From: Planctomycetota bacterium
Lineage (GTDB): Bacteria; Planctomycetota; UBA8108; SXIK01
Assembly (NCBI GenBank): GCA_965223265.1
Contig: OZ244999.1
Span: forward strand, 5,024,001-5,088,000
Reading direction: 5' to 3'
DNA: 64,000 nt
The notes beneath the pieces are model-generated. The model worked only from the letters and a program-made list of their open reading frames with translations, did no database searches and had not been told where the DNA came from. The position numbers were made by a program, and so were the translations under genes. Position 1 is the first letter of the stretch, and each line of letters starts with the position of its first letter. Shown in pieces: positions 28,531-38,543 of this stretch.

Positions 28531-29613
28531 CTAGATGTTAAAGAAGTACTCCGGGATGGCCACGATGTACTTGAGGTTGAAAATCCACCGCAGCAGCATC
28601 TTGATCGGAAGCGCGGCCATAAAGAGAAAGAGATTCACCATGATGTTGAAGCGCACGAAACCCATCTGGACGTACGTCTTGCGAAAGACGGTCTTGGCCA
28701 AGATCGGCGGCAGCACGGCGAAGTAAAGGATCACCATGACGAAGCCTAGCCACTCCCGCGCCAGAATGTTCTGCGGCAACGCCACGCCAAGAAACTCGTT
28801 GTAGAGATACTCCGAGACGTTGACGTTGCTCAAAGCTTCGATCTTGTGCGCGTCCCAATATTCGTACGGCCCAAAGAAGTTCCAGTTGGGTCCACGCAGA
28901 AACGTCCCGAGAATGATGAGCATGATCCACAGCGGGATGAATCCGAAAAGGAACGTTGAGATCGCAAAGGGCCGCTCCTTGAAGGTGTAGTAACCATTGC
29001 CCTTTGGATTGGGATCGATGTAGGGGATGGCCATGAGTCCGACGATGATCTGCGTCGGAAAAACCACGCCGGCGAGCCACGGATCGTAGTAGACGAGCAT
29101 CTCCTGCAGTCCGAGGAAGTACCACGGCGCCTTCGACGGATTGGGTGTTCGCGCCGGGCTCGCTGGTTCCTCCAGCGGCGCTTCCAGGTAGTACGCCCAA
29201 ATCAGAAGCAGGACGGTGCAAAGAATCAGTACCAAGAACTCGCCGTAGACAAGATCCGGCCAGCACAGCACACGTCGGTTGCTCTCGCGCTGTTCAAACG
29301 TTGGCAGACCGCGATCGATCAGACGGTCATTGATGACCATCTTGCGAAACGCCAGCCAGAGGAGGAACCCGAGCGTGAACATCATGATCGTGATGGGCAC
29401 GTTGTCCGGTTTGGCGACGATCTTGGTGAAGTCGGGATCGGAAAGGCTGAGGATGAATCCGACAACACTGATCACGAGCACCGATCCGGCGAACCAGGCT
29501 TGGGTCCAGAAGGACCGGAGCACGATGATCAGAAGGAGACCGACGATCGAGATCAAAAAGAACGTCGTTGGCCCGAGGAGACCGTCGATGAAATTCTTGA
29601 GAAACTCTGGCAC
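28531..29613 (-). CDS. Cytochrome b C-terminal / subunit IV-like protein
   Basis: WPDL, APLEEPASPARTPNPSKAPWYFLG (PEWY-equivalent) and PYID; extra TM helices. Confidence 0.88.
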   Translation of the reverse strand: MPEFLKNFIDGLLGPTTFFLISIVGLLLIIVLRSFWTQAWFAGSVLVISVVGFILSLSDPDFTKIVAKPDNVPITIMMFTLGFLLWLAFRKMVINDRLIDRGLPTFEQRESNRRVLCWPDLVYGEFLVLILCTVLLLIWAYYLEAPLEEPASPARTPNPSKAPWYFLGLQEMLVYYDPWLAGVVFPTQIIVGLMAIPYIDPNPKGNGYYTFKERPFAISTFLFGFIPLWIMLIILGTFLRGPNWNFFGPYEYWDAHKIEALSNVNVSEYLYNEFLGVALPQNILAREWLGFVMVILYFAVLPPILAKTVFRKTYVQMGFVRFNIMVNLFLFMAALPIKMLLRWIFNLKYIVAIPEYFFNI

Positions 29614-29633
29614 AGGACCTTTCTCCTATCGAC

Positions 29634-30407
29634 TCACATCGGGCCTGAGATACCGCCGTCCTTGCGGACGCGCCAGAAGTGCACCGCCATGAGCACCCCG
29701 GCGGCGAACGGAATCGCGATGCAGTGCAGCACATAGAAGCGCAGTAGTGCCGCAGCGCCGACGCTACGACCACCGAGCAGCGCGAACTTCGCATCACTGC
29801 CGGCGGTGACAAGCGGGATGTCGCCAAGCATGACAAACGCCGCGCCAGGTCCTTCGTGACCGGCGATCGGTGTAGCGCGAGCCATGTTACTGCCGACCGT
29901 GATCGCCCAAATCGCGAGCTGATCCCACGGCAAAAGGTATCCCGTAAAGCTGAGCAGCAACGTCAAGACGAGCAGGATCACACCGACGTTCCAGTTGAAC
30001 TCGCGCGGCGGCTTGTACGACCCCGTGAGGAAGACGCGCAGCATATGAAGCCAGACGGTGATCACCATGGCGTGCGCGCCCCAGCGATGCAGCTCGCGCA
30101 TGATGCCGAGCGGCACGTGCTCACGGAGCGCCTTGATATCGGCGAACGCGTACTCGACGGTCGGCCGGTAGTAGAACATGAGCAAGATGCCGGTGATCGT
30201 TTCGACAAGGAACAAAAAGAACGTGATCCCTCCCATGCACCACGTGAAACTCATGCGAACGCCTGACTTTCGCACTTTGATGGGATGGAGGTGTAGAAAC
30301 ACGTTCGACAACACGGCGAGCGCCTGGTCGCGCGCGTTGTCGGGATACTTGTGCCGGAAGATCGACTTCCAGACGTGGGTATCCGTGATTTTCTTGAACA
30401 GCGTCAC
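29634..30407 (-). CDS. Cytochrome b6-like N-terminal subunit
   Basis: [35 protein letters not shown] and VHF heme ligands. Confidence 0.95.
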   Translation of the reverse strand: MTLFKKITDTHVWKSIFRHKYPDNARDQALAVLSNVFLHLHPIKVRKSGVRMSFTWCMGGITFFLFLVETITGILLMFYYRPTVEYAFADIKALREHVPLGIMRELHRWGAHAMVITVWLHMLRVFLTGSYKPPREFNWNVGVILLVLTLLLSFTGYLLPWDQLAIWAITVGSNMARATPIAGHEGPGAAFVMLGDIPLVTAGSDAKFALLGGRSVGAAALLRFYVLHCIAIPFAAGVLMAVHFWRVRKDGGISGPM

Positions 30408-30437
30408 CTGTTGCTCCTTCGTATTCCTGGCCGTCCG

Positions 30438-30974
30438 TTACGTCGCCGAGTAGGCGATGTTGAGCGACGCCTCAGGGTCCGACCACTGGCCGAGCTCTTG
30501 CTGAAACTTCTTCGATTTATCCACCTCGATCTGGCCGTCGGGCGCCAGCGACAGCTTGAATCGCTCCAGCGGGCGCGGTGCTGGTCCTTCGAAGTTGATC
30601 CCCGTGACGTAGAATCCGCTGCCATGGCACGGGCACTTGAACTTACGCTCCGTGGAGAGCCAGTTCGGGGTACAGCCGAGGTGCGTGCACGTCGTCGACA
30701 GGACGTAGAAGCCACTGAAGTCGCGCACGATCCAGATTCCGTTCTTAGCTTTGAAACGCTCGTCGACCGCACCGTCGGCGGCCGCAGCGAAGTCTTCTGG
30801 TCGCCCCACCTTGAAGCGCGTCGGCGGCTCGAAGAGGTCGTTGGGGAAAAAGAAACGCGCGGTCGCCAGAAGCCCCGCGAGGCTGGCAGCCGAAAACGCG
30901 ATCCAGCCTGCAGAAACCTTCTGCATGAAACTGCGGCGGCTCGAAGTCGGTGCATTCGGTTCGGTAGCGTTCAT
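30438..30974 (-). CDS. Rieske iron-sulfur subunit
   Basis: CTHLGC and CPCHGS boxes, GPAPRPL and Tat-like SRRSF; the ATG overlaps the upstream TGA. Confidence 0.95.
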   Translation of the reverse strand: MNATEPNAPTSSRRSFMQKVSAGWIAFSAASLAGLLATARFFFPNDLFEPPTRFKVGRPEDFAAAADGAVDERFKAKNGIWIVRDFSGFYVLSTTCTHLGCTPNWLSTERKFKCPCHGSGFYVTGINFEGPAPRPLERFKLSLAPDGQIEVDKSKKFQQELGQWSDPEASLNIAYSAT

Positions 30975-32206
30975 ACCTTGCCTCGCGTCACTGTCAGAAA
31001 GCTCACGGTTACAAAGCTCACGGCCGCGGCGAGTTGACTCTGCGGCGACGGCGCATGGCCGCGAGGCTCTGCACCGGCACTGCAGCGCGCACTGGCACTG
31101 CGAAGCGCACCGCGCAAAGAATCGGGGCACGTTTGGAAAAAGGCGCTTTCTATCACAAACGAACCCTGCAGTGCCAGCCTCGAAACCGAGACGGCATCGG
31201 GGCACGGAGCTGCTCCCGTCTTGGTAGGCTCCGCGGTCGCCGGAGCCTCCCCTGCCCCAGAGGCATCAGTGCCGACGTCGGGCTCGGGTGCTGGCGAAAG
31301 ATCCGGCTCACGGCCGGGTGCGGCGCCGATCGCGTCGATCGCCCGAAAGGCCGCATTACGCACCTTCGCGCTGCGAGAGTCCTTCTGCAGCGACAGAATC
31401 AGCTCTCGCGACGCCTCACCGCGCAGGGCCGCAATCGCCTCCATCGCCTGGATCATGTAGCCTTCTGCCTCCTCAAGCCGCAGAGGCTGACGCGCGTCCC
31501 CGCGCTGCTCGTCAAAAAACTCCCACGACAGCAGGTCGAGCAGAAGTGGTTCGGCAGCGGCGTTTTGGTAGTAGCGCCCAAGCCAGCAGGCCGCGCTCCA
31601 TTGAATCTCGCGCCGCGGCTCGCTGAGCGCGGCAACCAGGAGCGGCTCCGCCTCCGCGCTCCGCATGTTCACCAGTCCGCCGAGCGCGTGCCAGCGAATC
31701 TCCCACTCTTCTGCGCCCGGCCGCTGGCGGACGAGGTCGACCAAATAGGCCGCCGCTCCGGGAGCGTGCGACAGCCCGAGCGCCACCACCGCAGCCATAC
31801 GCGTCTGTGGTTCAGTGTCCGCGGACTCAACAAGACGTTTCATCAGCGGGAGCGACAGCTCCGGCCGCCCAGCACGGCCAATCGTCGTGGTCACGAACTG
31901 GGAAAAATCGGCTTCATCGGAGTAGCGCTCCCGAAGCCGCAGGAGCTGCTCGGTCTGGGTTCGTGTCAAATACTCGCCCGGGGCGAATTCCTGCACGCGC
32001 TGCGCCAACTCATATGCGTCCCGCTGCCGCGCTTGAGAGCCGCCGCTCGCGAGCGCGGCGATGAGCTCATCGTTGGTGCGTCCATCCTCAGCCGACGCAG
32101 CGACGAAGAGATAGACAAGAACACAGACGATGACGATCAGCAGCGGAAACAGGAAAAGCTGAGGAATCAGCTGTCCGAAGGTGGTCCGATTCGAGACTGG
32201 AGCCAC
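30971..32206 (-). CDS. Membrane-anchored HEAT-repeat protein
   Basis: N-terminal TM (LFLFPLLIVIVCVLVYLF) and HEAT-like units (RMAAVVALG, IRWHALGGL, IQWSAACWLG, VRNAAFRAI). Confidence 0.8.
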   Translation of the reverse strand: MAPVSNRTTFGQLIPQLFLFPLLIVIVCVLVYLFVAASAEDGRTNDELIAALASGGSQARQRDAYELAQRVQEFAPGEYLTRTQTEQLLRLRERYSDEADFSQFVTTTIGRAGRPELSLPLMKRLVESADTEPQTRMAAVVALGLSHAPGAAAYLVDLVRQRPGAEEWEIRWHALGGLVNMRSAEAEPLLVAALSEPRREIQWSAACWLGRYYQNAAAEPLLLDLLSWEFFDEQRGDARQPLRLEEAEGYMIQAMEAIAALRGEASRELILSLQKDSRSAKVRNAAFRAIDAIGAAPGREPDLSPAPEPDVGTDASGAGEAPATAEPTKTGAAPCPDAVSVSRLALQGSFVIESAFFQTCPDSLRGALRSASARCSAGAEPRGHAPSPQSQLAAAVSFVTVSFLTVTRGKV

Positions 32207-32358
32207 TGCTTGCCGTTCCGGACTCGTGGCGGACGCCAGCGAAGCCCACAGACACCATCTTAAGTCATTCTAAAGACGAAACTTAGGAAGCCTCCGCAGC
32301 TTCCCACTGAGTATCATAGGAAGCGGCGAATGCCGGTTCAAGTGAGGGCGGGCGCGTC

Positions 32359-33231
32359 TTATTGTCGCACCGGTGGCCCGAGCTCGCGGCGACACTTCCC
32401 CGCCAGCTCGGTAGCCGCCTCCCGCACAAGATCCGGCTCTCCCTGCTGGAAGGCGCCCAGCACGAGAGACACCGGACTGAACGTCACGTGCTGATCCGCA
32501 GCTTCTTCGTTGGCTTCACTGGACGTAAAGCTGAGACACGGCCAGGGCCCCATCCCTTTGAGCATCAACCAACGCCCCGGATAGCCCAACCTCGCGCGCT
32601 GCCGCTCACCGAAAAGAAAACCCAAGGCAACCAGCGTGTTCAGGGGCACGCCGTCGGCGGGAAAGCGCTCGACGGGCAATTCAGCGGCGAGGGCCTCCGC
32701 CAGTCGAAGCTCGCCGTCCTCATCCCAAAAATCCGTCCGCAGCCCGAAGACCTCGCGAAGGAGGAACATGCCCACGGTGGCAACTTGAAACGCCACGTCG
32801 GGTTCGAGCCCGTTGCCAAAGCAGACCACGGGGACGGCGAGACACTCGAACTCGGAGACTTTTCCCCGTCCAAAAAGCGTCCCAAGGACCGCCGGGATCG
32901 GGTGCAGGGACGCGAACCGGATCCTTCCCGCCGCCGACGTCACTTCGCCCTTGATCTCTAACAGCACGTTGATGACGTGGACGAGGAGCTCCTCCTCCCA
33001 CTCTTTCACCATGACGACGAGAAAGCAATCGGCGGAATCGAGTCGAGTTTGAAAGAACCGGCAGGCATCAGAGTTCGGGTGACGGGAGTTGTGAGGTTCG
33101 ATGGAGAACAACTCTTCCCCTCGGGCGCGGCAGGCAAAGACCACTTTTTCCACCGCACGCTCCACAGTGTCGCCCGGTTCCAGCTGAACACCCGGAAATT
33201 CCATCACAGCGATCTCGTCGTCTCTTTTCAT
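32359..33231 (-). CDS. Hypothetical protein
   Basis: Protein-like ORF filling the gap; probable start MKRDDE; no motif recognised. Confidence 0.6.
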   Translation of the reverse strand: MKRDDEIAVMEFPGVQLEPGDTVERAVEKVVFACRARGEELFSIEPHNSRHPNSDACRFFQTRLDSADCFLVVMVKEWEEELLVHVINVLLEIKGEVTSAAGRIRFASLHPIPAVLGTLFGRGKVSEFECLAVPVVCFGNGLEPDVAFQVATVGMFLLREVFGLRTDFWDEDGELRLAEALAAELPVERFPADGVPLNTLVALGFLFGERQRARLGYPGRWLMLKGMGPWPCLSFTSSEANEEAADQHVTFSPVSLVLGAFQQGEPDLVREAATELAGKCRRELGPPVRQ

Positions 33232-33640
33232 TTTGCCGCGCGAACGCCACCGCACGCCCCGCTGCGGTGCCACCGACCGCCAGCGATTGGCAACTCGACA
33301 GCGGGAATCGATCGTGCTTGGCACTCCGCGCCGGAGAGCGCAAGGGAGTTGATCCCCCACCAGGATTGTCGGGATACGAACAAGGTGTCAGGTCCAATAA
33401 CTCGCGGGCCGGGGCGCGCGGAATGACCAAACTCGCGTTCGTGGGGCCTGGCGTCGGTGCGCACCTTTGTCGCAACCTATTAGCGACCCAATGCCTACGA
33501 TTTCAAAGGTATTCTTCCGCCGGTATCAGAAAGACGCCGATCAACGGCTCATTTCGCCGCCTCCAGGCTGGAGCGGCAAACTCCGCTAGCGGCGGCCTCT
33601 TTCCCTTCGGCTCGCGCGCTCCAACGGACGAAGAAACGGC

Positions 33641-35320
33641 ATGACTATGGTCTTGACGGCATCCTCTGAGCGATCGGCAAAGCGGCGATTCAACGTTGCT
33701 TCGGTAGCCGTAGCGTTAGCGGCCCTGTGGGCGACGCATGTTATCGGCCGTGGGAGCCCAGGCGCTGTCTGGTCGCAGTCCGTCTTGTCCACGGTCGTCA
33801 TGACACTAGCGGGAGAGAGCTTGCGGAACGGTCTGTGGTCACTCATCGTCGAGCGCCGTGCCGTACGGGCGGGCATTCTGAGCGCCGCTTCGCTCCTCGC
33901 CTACGCCGCCGGGTGCCTGGCGGCGGTGTGCGGCGAGCTGGGCCTGTCCTTGCCGGCGGCGGCCGCCGCGGCACCGCATCTCCTGACGGGGAGTGCGACC
34001 GCGATCGGCGCGCACCACCTGGCTCGCGAATTCGACCCGGCGCCGCTGACTCCGGCGCCGCGGGCGGTGACGATCGCAGTGACGACGGCGCTGCTCTCAT
34101 GCGTCGCTGCGGCCTGGTTCATGGCTGGCCCAGAGACCGCCCCGGCTGCCCTCTTGTTGGTCCTTGGAGTCGTCGCTGCCACGCCCTGCTGGCTCACGAC
34201 GGCTGAGCCGCCAGCCTCAAGCGACGCGGCAGACCACAACCTGGCTGACATCAACTCGGTCGTGCTTGAGAAGAGCGAAGTGGTCACAAGTGGGCACTGC
34301 GAAATCGAAGCCATCCTTCCGATTGCCCCTGAGGCCACAGATGAAGAGGTCGTCCACCTGGCGGCGGTGTCTGAATACGTGCTACCGCCCCACCCTATTC
34401 GCGACGCGATTCTTCGCCACACTCAGGGTGGCTTTACTGTACCGTCGATCAAGAAGCACCAACATTCACCGGGCCGCGGCGTGGCAGCACAGCTCGCCGG
34501 CAAGGATCTTCGCTTCGGCAACGTCGAGTGGATGCGTGAGAGTGGATGGTCCGACGACGAACTCACGCAAGCACTTGAGATCACCCGCGATCAATACGAA
34601 AAGGGACGCTCGGTGCTGTATGTCGGATTCCGCGGCAAAATCGTCGGTGCCGTGTGCCTTCGCGAGGAGCTGCGCCCGGGAATCGAGGAGTTCGTCGCAA
34701 CGCTGCAGGCGATCGGCGTCGAAGTCGGCATCACGAGCGGAGACAGCCCTACCACAGTCGCCGCGTTGCTCCCGGAGTTTCGCGACATACGCGTCTTCGC
34801 TGGACTTCACCCCGACGGTCGTTTAGACGCTCTCAAGGAGTTGGCACGTCAGCGGAAAGACGTCGCCCTCATCGCGAAACAGAACTCGCCGATCAGCCGA
34901 CGTGCGACTGAGATTGGGGCCGTCTTCGAACTACGCCAAAACGGCGACGTCTACCGGTTGAAGCGCGCCTCGTCGCCCCCGCAGCGCTGCGGAAAGAATC
35001 TAGCGCATGTTGCAACTCTGCTGCAAGATGCGAAGCGAGAACGCGACCGCAAACGACGCCGGCGCGTCTTCGCGGCAGCCCACAACTTCGTCATCGTCCC
35101 AGGAGCCTTCGGTGCCGCCGCCGCACTGCTCGGAAGTTGGTCATGGCCACTCGTCGGTAGCTTGCTTGGAGTCGGCTCAGCGGCTGTAATGCATAGGGTG
35201 CACGCCCAGACCGCGACGCCAGGCGATCAGCAAAAACCCCCGGAGATGACGACACGCGAGGCCCCGCAGGCCGACTCGCTGAAGCTCGAAGCGTACAGCG
35301 AACCGATCGGACCGCGTTGA
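33641..35320 (+). CDS. Degenerate P1B-type ATPase-like membrane protein (predicted inactive)
   Basis: N/P-domain remnants (SE..HPIRDAI, PGRGV, ELRPG, TSGDS, VFAGLHPDGR), but EKSEVVT replaces DKTGTLT and no TGE actuator motif is visible. Confidence 0.7.
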   Translation: MTMVLTASSERSAKRRFNVASVAVALAALWATHVIGRGSPGAVWSQSVLSTVVMTLAGESLRNGLWSLIVERRAVRAGILSAASLLAYAAGCLAAVCGELGLSLPAAAAAAPHLLTGSATAIGAHHLAREFDPAPLTPAPRAVTIAVTTALLSCVAAAWFMAGPETAPAALLLVLGVVAATPCWLTTAEPPASSDAADHNLADINSVVLEKSEVVTSGHCEIEAILPIAPEATDEEVVHLAAVSEYVLPPHPIRDAILRHTQGGFTVPSIKKHQHSPGRGVAAQLAGKDLRFGNVEWMRESGWSDDELTQALEITRDQYEKGRSVLYVGFRGKIVGAVCLREELRPGIEEFVATLQAIGVEVGITSGDSPTTVAALLPEFRDIRVFAGLHPDGRLDALKELARQRKDVALIAKQNSPISRRATEIGAVFELRQNGDVYRLKRASSPPQRCGKNLAHVATLLQDAKRERDRKRRRRVFAAAHNFVIVPGAFGAAAALLGSWSWPLVGSLLGVGSAAVMHRVHAQTATPGDQQKPPEMTTREAPQADSLKLEAYSEPIGPR

Positions 35321-35353
35321 GAGCGACTCGAGCCCCCAACACTTGCACCGAGA

Positions 35354-36586
35354 GTGATGACCGAATCCTCCCCTCCTGACAGTCACGCCGACTTCATTCG
35401 CCTCAGCGGCCGCCTCGACCGCCTGCCGGCATACATGTTCGGTCAGATCAATGCTCTCAAGTTGAAACTGCGTCGCTCCCAAGTCGATATCATCGACATG
35501 GCGATGGGCAACCCAACGGATGCCACGCCACAGTTGATCATCGACAAACTCTGCGAGGTCGTCCGCGACCCGCGCAACCATCGGTACTCGACGGCGGGGG
35601 GCATCGACAATCTGCGACGCGAAGTGGCAAAGTACTACCGCTCGCAGTGGAGCGTGGATCTCGACCCGGAAAGCCAAGTGATCGCGACGATCGGGTCCAA
35701 GGAAGGGTTCAGCCACCTTTGCCTTGCCCTCCTCGGTCCGGGGGATACAGCACTCGTGCCGAGCCCAGCATTCCCGATTCACTCCAATGCGGTCGTGCTG
35801 GCCGGAGCGAGCTACATCGCACTCTCAGTCGTCGACGATGAGCAACTGCTCAGAAGCGTGAGCGACACCTGCGGCACGCTCAGACCGAAGCCAAAGGTCT
35901 TGTTCCTCAACTACCCGCACAACCCCACCGGCCACACCGTTGAAGCCGACTTCTTTAAGGAAATCGTCCGCATCGCGAAAGCGCACGAGCTGATCGTGGT
36001 TCACGACTTTGCGTACGGTCAGCTGTGCTTCGACGACTACCGGGCCCCAAGCTTTCTGGAGACACCCGGGGCGGTTGACGTCGGAGTCGAGTTCATCACG
36101 ATGTCGAAGGCGTTTAACATGGCAGGCTGGCGCATCGGATTCTGCGCCGGTAACAAAAAGATCATCGGCGGCCTCGCCGCCATCAAGGGGTACTACGACT
36201 ACGGCATCTTCCAGGCTATCCAGATCGCGTCGATCATCGGCCTCCGCCACTGCGCAGACTTCGCCCGCCAGCAGGCAGAAAAGTACGCACGGCGCCGCGA
36301 CGCGCTGGTGACGGCACTCAGACGCATGGGCTGGGAGGGTGTGAAGAATCCGCGCGCAGGGATGTTCGTTTGGTCCGCGATTCCGAAACCCTTTGGCGAG
36401 CGGGGCTCGCTCGAGCTGTCGCGCTACCTCATGGAGGAGGCCCGCGTGGCGGTTTCGCCTGGGATCGGGTTCGGCCCCGATGGCGAAGGGCACGTCCGGC
36501 TGGCGCTGATCGAAAACCGCCAGCGACTTCTGCAAGGCGCGCGTCAGATGAAGCGCGCGCTGCAAAAGTGGAATGCGCCCGCGTAG
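35354..36586 (+). CDS. PLP-dependent class I/II aminotransferase (AlaC/LL-DAP-like)
   Basis: RLPAY, DMAMGNP, GSKEG, NYPHNPTG, HDFAY and SKAFNMAGWRIG. Confidence 0.93.
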   Translation: MMTESSPPDSHADFIRLSGRLDRLPAYMFGQINALKLKLRRSQVDIIDMAMGNPTDATPQLIIDKLCEVVRDPRNHRYSTAGGIDNLRREVAKYYRSQWSVDLDPESQVIATIGSKEGFSHLCLALLGPGDTALVPSPAFPIHSNAVVLAGASYIALSVVDDEQLLRSVSDTCGTLRPKPKVLFLNYPHNPTGHTVEADFFKEIVRIAKAHELIVVHDFAYGQLCFDDYRAPSFLETPGAVDVGVEFITMSKAFNMAGWRIGFCAGNKKIIGGLAAIKGYYDYGIFQAIQIASIIGLRHCADFARQQAEKYARRRDALVTALRRMGWEGVKNPRAGMFVWSAIPKPFGERGSLELSRYLMEEARVAVSPGIGFGPDGEGHVRLALIENRQRLLQGARQMKRALQKWNAPA

Positions 36587-36973
36587 CCACAGGCCAAGCC
36601 GCAAACCACGGCGAGGCCAAGGCCTGCAGCCGCTCCTCGCGAGGCCGGCGACGGCCGCCGCAACCGCGACTCCCAGCCGGATGGTGAGTGCAGGTTGAAT
36701 TTCCCCCCCGCGAGACGCTAAGATTAGGCCTTTCTTCGGCGAGACCCTCGCAACACTTAGGCCCACATCCGTGGCACAAGTCCGGAGCGCGGTCTGACGC
36801 GAATACGCGTCGTGCACGCTGCACGAAGAGTCGGCGGCGCTGTCGGTCGAAGAGGAACACTCCCATCAATGGTCATGGGAGGCTCGTACCGGTAGTCTCC
36901 GCTTCGCCTCGGGCACGGAAAGCACTACACAGTTCAACAGTTCGGATCCGCTACAGCAAAGCAAAGGAGAACA

Positions 36974-38104
36974 ATGGCAGCTGACAGTTCGCAAGAGGTC
37001 CGCGAGGGACTCGTTGGTGTCGTTTCGAATCGTTCATCCGTCTCTTCAATCATCGGTACGACGCTGACGTATCGCGGGATCAACATCGACGATCTGACAG
37101 AGAATGGGACGTTTTCCGAAATCGTCTATCTTCTCTGGAACTCGAAGCTGCCGAATCAGAAGGAGCTCGACGATCTACGCTCGGCGTTGTGCAAGTCGTT
37201 CACGCTTCCAGAGGCGGCGCTCGTCTACCTGCGGGCGATTCCGCGCGATGCAGACCCGATGCGCGTCCTCCAGGGGGGGATGTCGATTCTCGGAATGTAC
37301 GACGCGGATGCAGATTCGAACGACGACGCAGCAAACAGACGCAAGGCCATCCGGATCACGGCGCAGCTCACAGCTCTCACCTGCGCGTATCACCGCATCC
37401 GCACTGGCAACGAACCAGTGGAGTCGGATGCCTCGCTCTCCTTCGCGGGCAACTTCTTCTACCTCCTCAACGGACGCAAGCCGGATGCGATCGAGGTCGA
37501 AGCCATCGACAAAGCGCTCATCCTGCACGCCGATCACGAACTCAACGCCTCAACGTTTTCAGCGCGGGTGACGGCGAGCACGCTGTCAGACATGCACTCG
37601 TCGTTGGCGTCGGCAATCGGCACCCTGAAGGGACCGCTCCATGGTGGCGCGAATCGGGCGGTCATGGAATCCCTACAGGAAATCGGCTCGATCGAGAATG
37701 TTGAGCCGTGGCTCGAAAAGAAGATCGCCAACAAAGAGAAAATCATGGGATTCGGCCATCGCGTCTACAAAGAAGGGGACCCGCGGGCGAAGCACTTGAA
37801 GCTGATGTCCAAGAAGCTCGGTGAGCTCACCGGGCAGCCCCATTGGTACGAGATGTCGAACCGGCTCGAAGAGCTGTTCACGAGCAAGAAGCCTTTTCCG
37901 CCGAACGTCGACTTCTACAGCGCGTCGACCTACTACTGTCTGGGACTGCCAGCCGACCTGTACACACCGATCTTCGCGTGTAGTCGAGTGGCGGGGTGGA
38001 TCGCGCACCTCTTCGAGCAGTACGCAGAGAACGCGCTCATCCGTCCACGCGCGCTCTACACCGGCCCGCAGAAGGCAGAGTGGGTTCCCATCGAGAAACG
38101 TTGA
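36974..38104 (+). CDS. gltA: Citrate synthase (short type)
   Basis: HADHELNAST, KGPLHGGAN, GFGHRVY and PNVDFYS; a methylcitrate synthase role cannot be excluded. Confidence 0.92.
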   Translation: MAADSSQEVREGLVGVVSNRSSVSSIIGTTLTYRGINIDDLTENGTFSEIVYLLWNSKLPNQKELDDLRSALCKSFTLPEAALVYLRAIPRDADPMRVLQGGMSILGMYDADADSNDDAANRRKAIRITAQLTALTCAYHRIRTGNEPVESDASLSFAGNFFYLLNGRKPDAIEVEAIDKALILHADHELNASTFSARVTASTLSDMHSSLASAIGTLKGPLHGGANRAVMESLQEIGSIENVEPWLEKKIANKEKIMGFGHRVYKEGDPRAKHLKLMSKKLGELTGQPHWYEMSNRLEELFTSKKPFPPNVDFYSASTYYCLGLPADLYTPIFACSRVAGWIAHLFEQYAENALIRPRALYTGPQKAEWVPIEKR

Positions 38105-38206
38105 GCCCGGATGGAACGCGCTCGTCGCGGCGCGCCAGCCCCCCAACAGTGTGTTGACAGCACTTTGAAACACGCCGCGGGGAGCTGGTGGGCCCGCGGC
38201 GCTAAA

Positions 38207-38458
38207 CTCGAGTTTGGCCATCTCGCGTCGAGCCTGCCAGCGCCAGGAGCGTCGAGGCCAAGGAGCGACTCGGGCACGATCCCGCTCGGGTCGTGGCGGA
38301 GGACGGGCGCGGGCATCGGCGCTCCTGGCGTTCCCCGAAGGGCCGGACAGGAGTTTTTGAACGTGCACAAGGGTTCTCAGGGTACAAAAAAGTTGAAGGG
38401 CCTTTGAATCCCCGCGAAACTCGTCCGGCCAGGCCGGCGCGAAATGGCCAAACTCGAG
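38207..38458. repeat. Nested inverted-repeat element (candidate ncRNA or MITE)
   Basis: 15-bp perfect terminal IR CTCGAGTTTGGCCAT / ATGGCCAAACTCGAG plus two internal stems. Confidence 0.6.
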
Positions 38459-38543
38459 ATGAACGGGAAGTGAAGAATCAGCGTTTTTGAGCGGGCCTGC
38501 CCGCCCAGAATCGTCTGTAGGCGCTACAGGGGAGAAGACGGCC

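Noticed and set aside
31034-32263. 409-aa plus-strand ORF (likewise 24533-25747, 42050-43165 and 60464-61579)
   Set aside because: Antisense to well-supported genes, with no recognisable motifs
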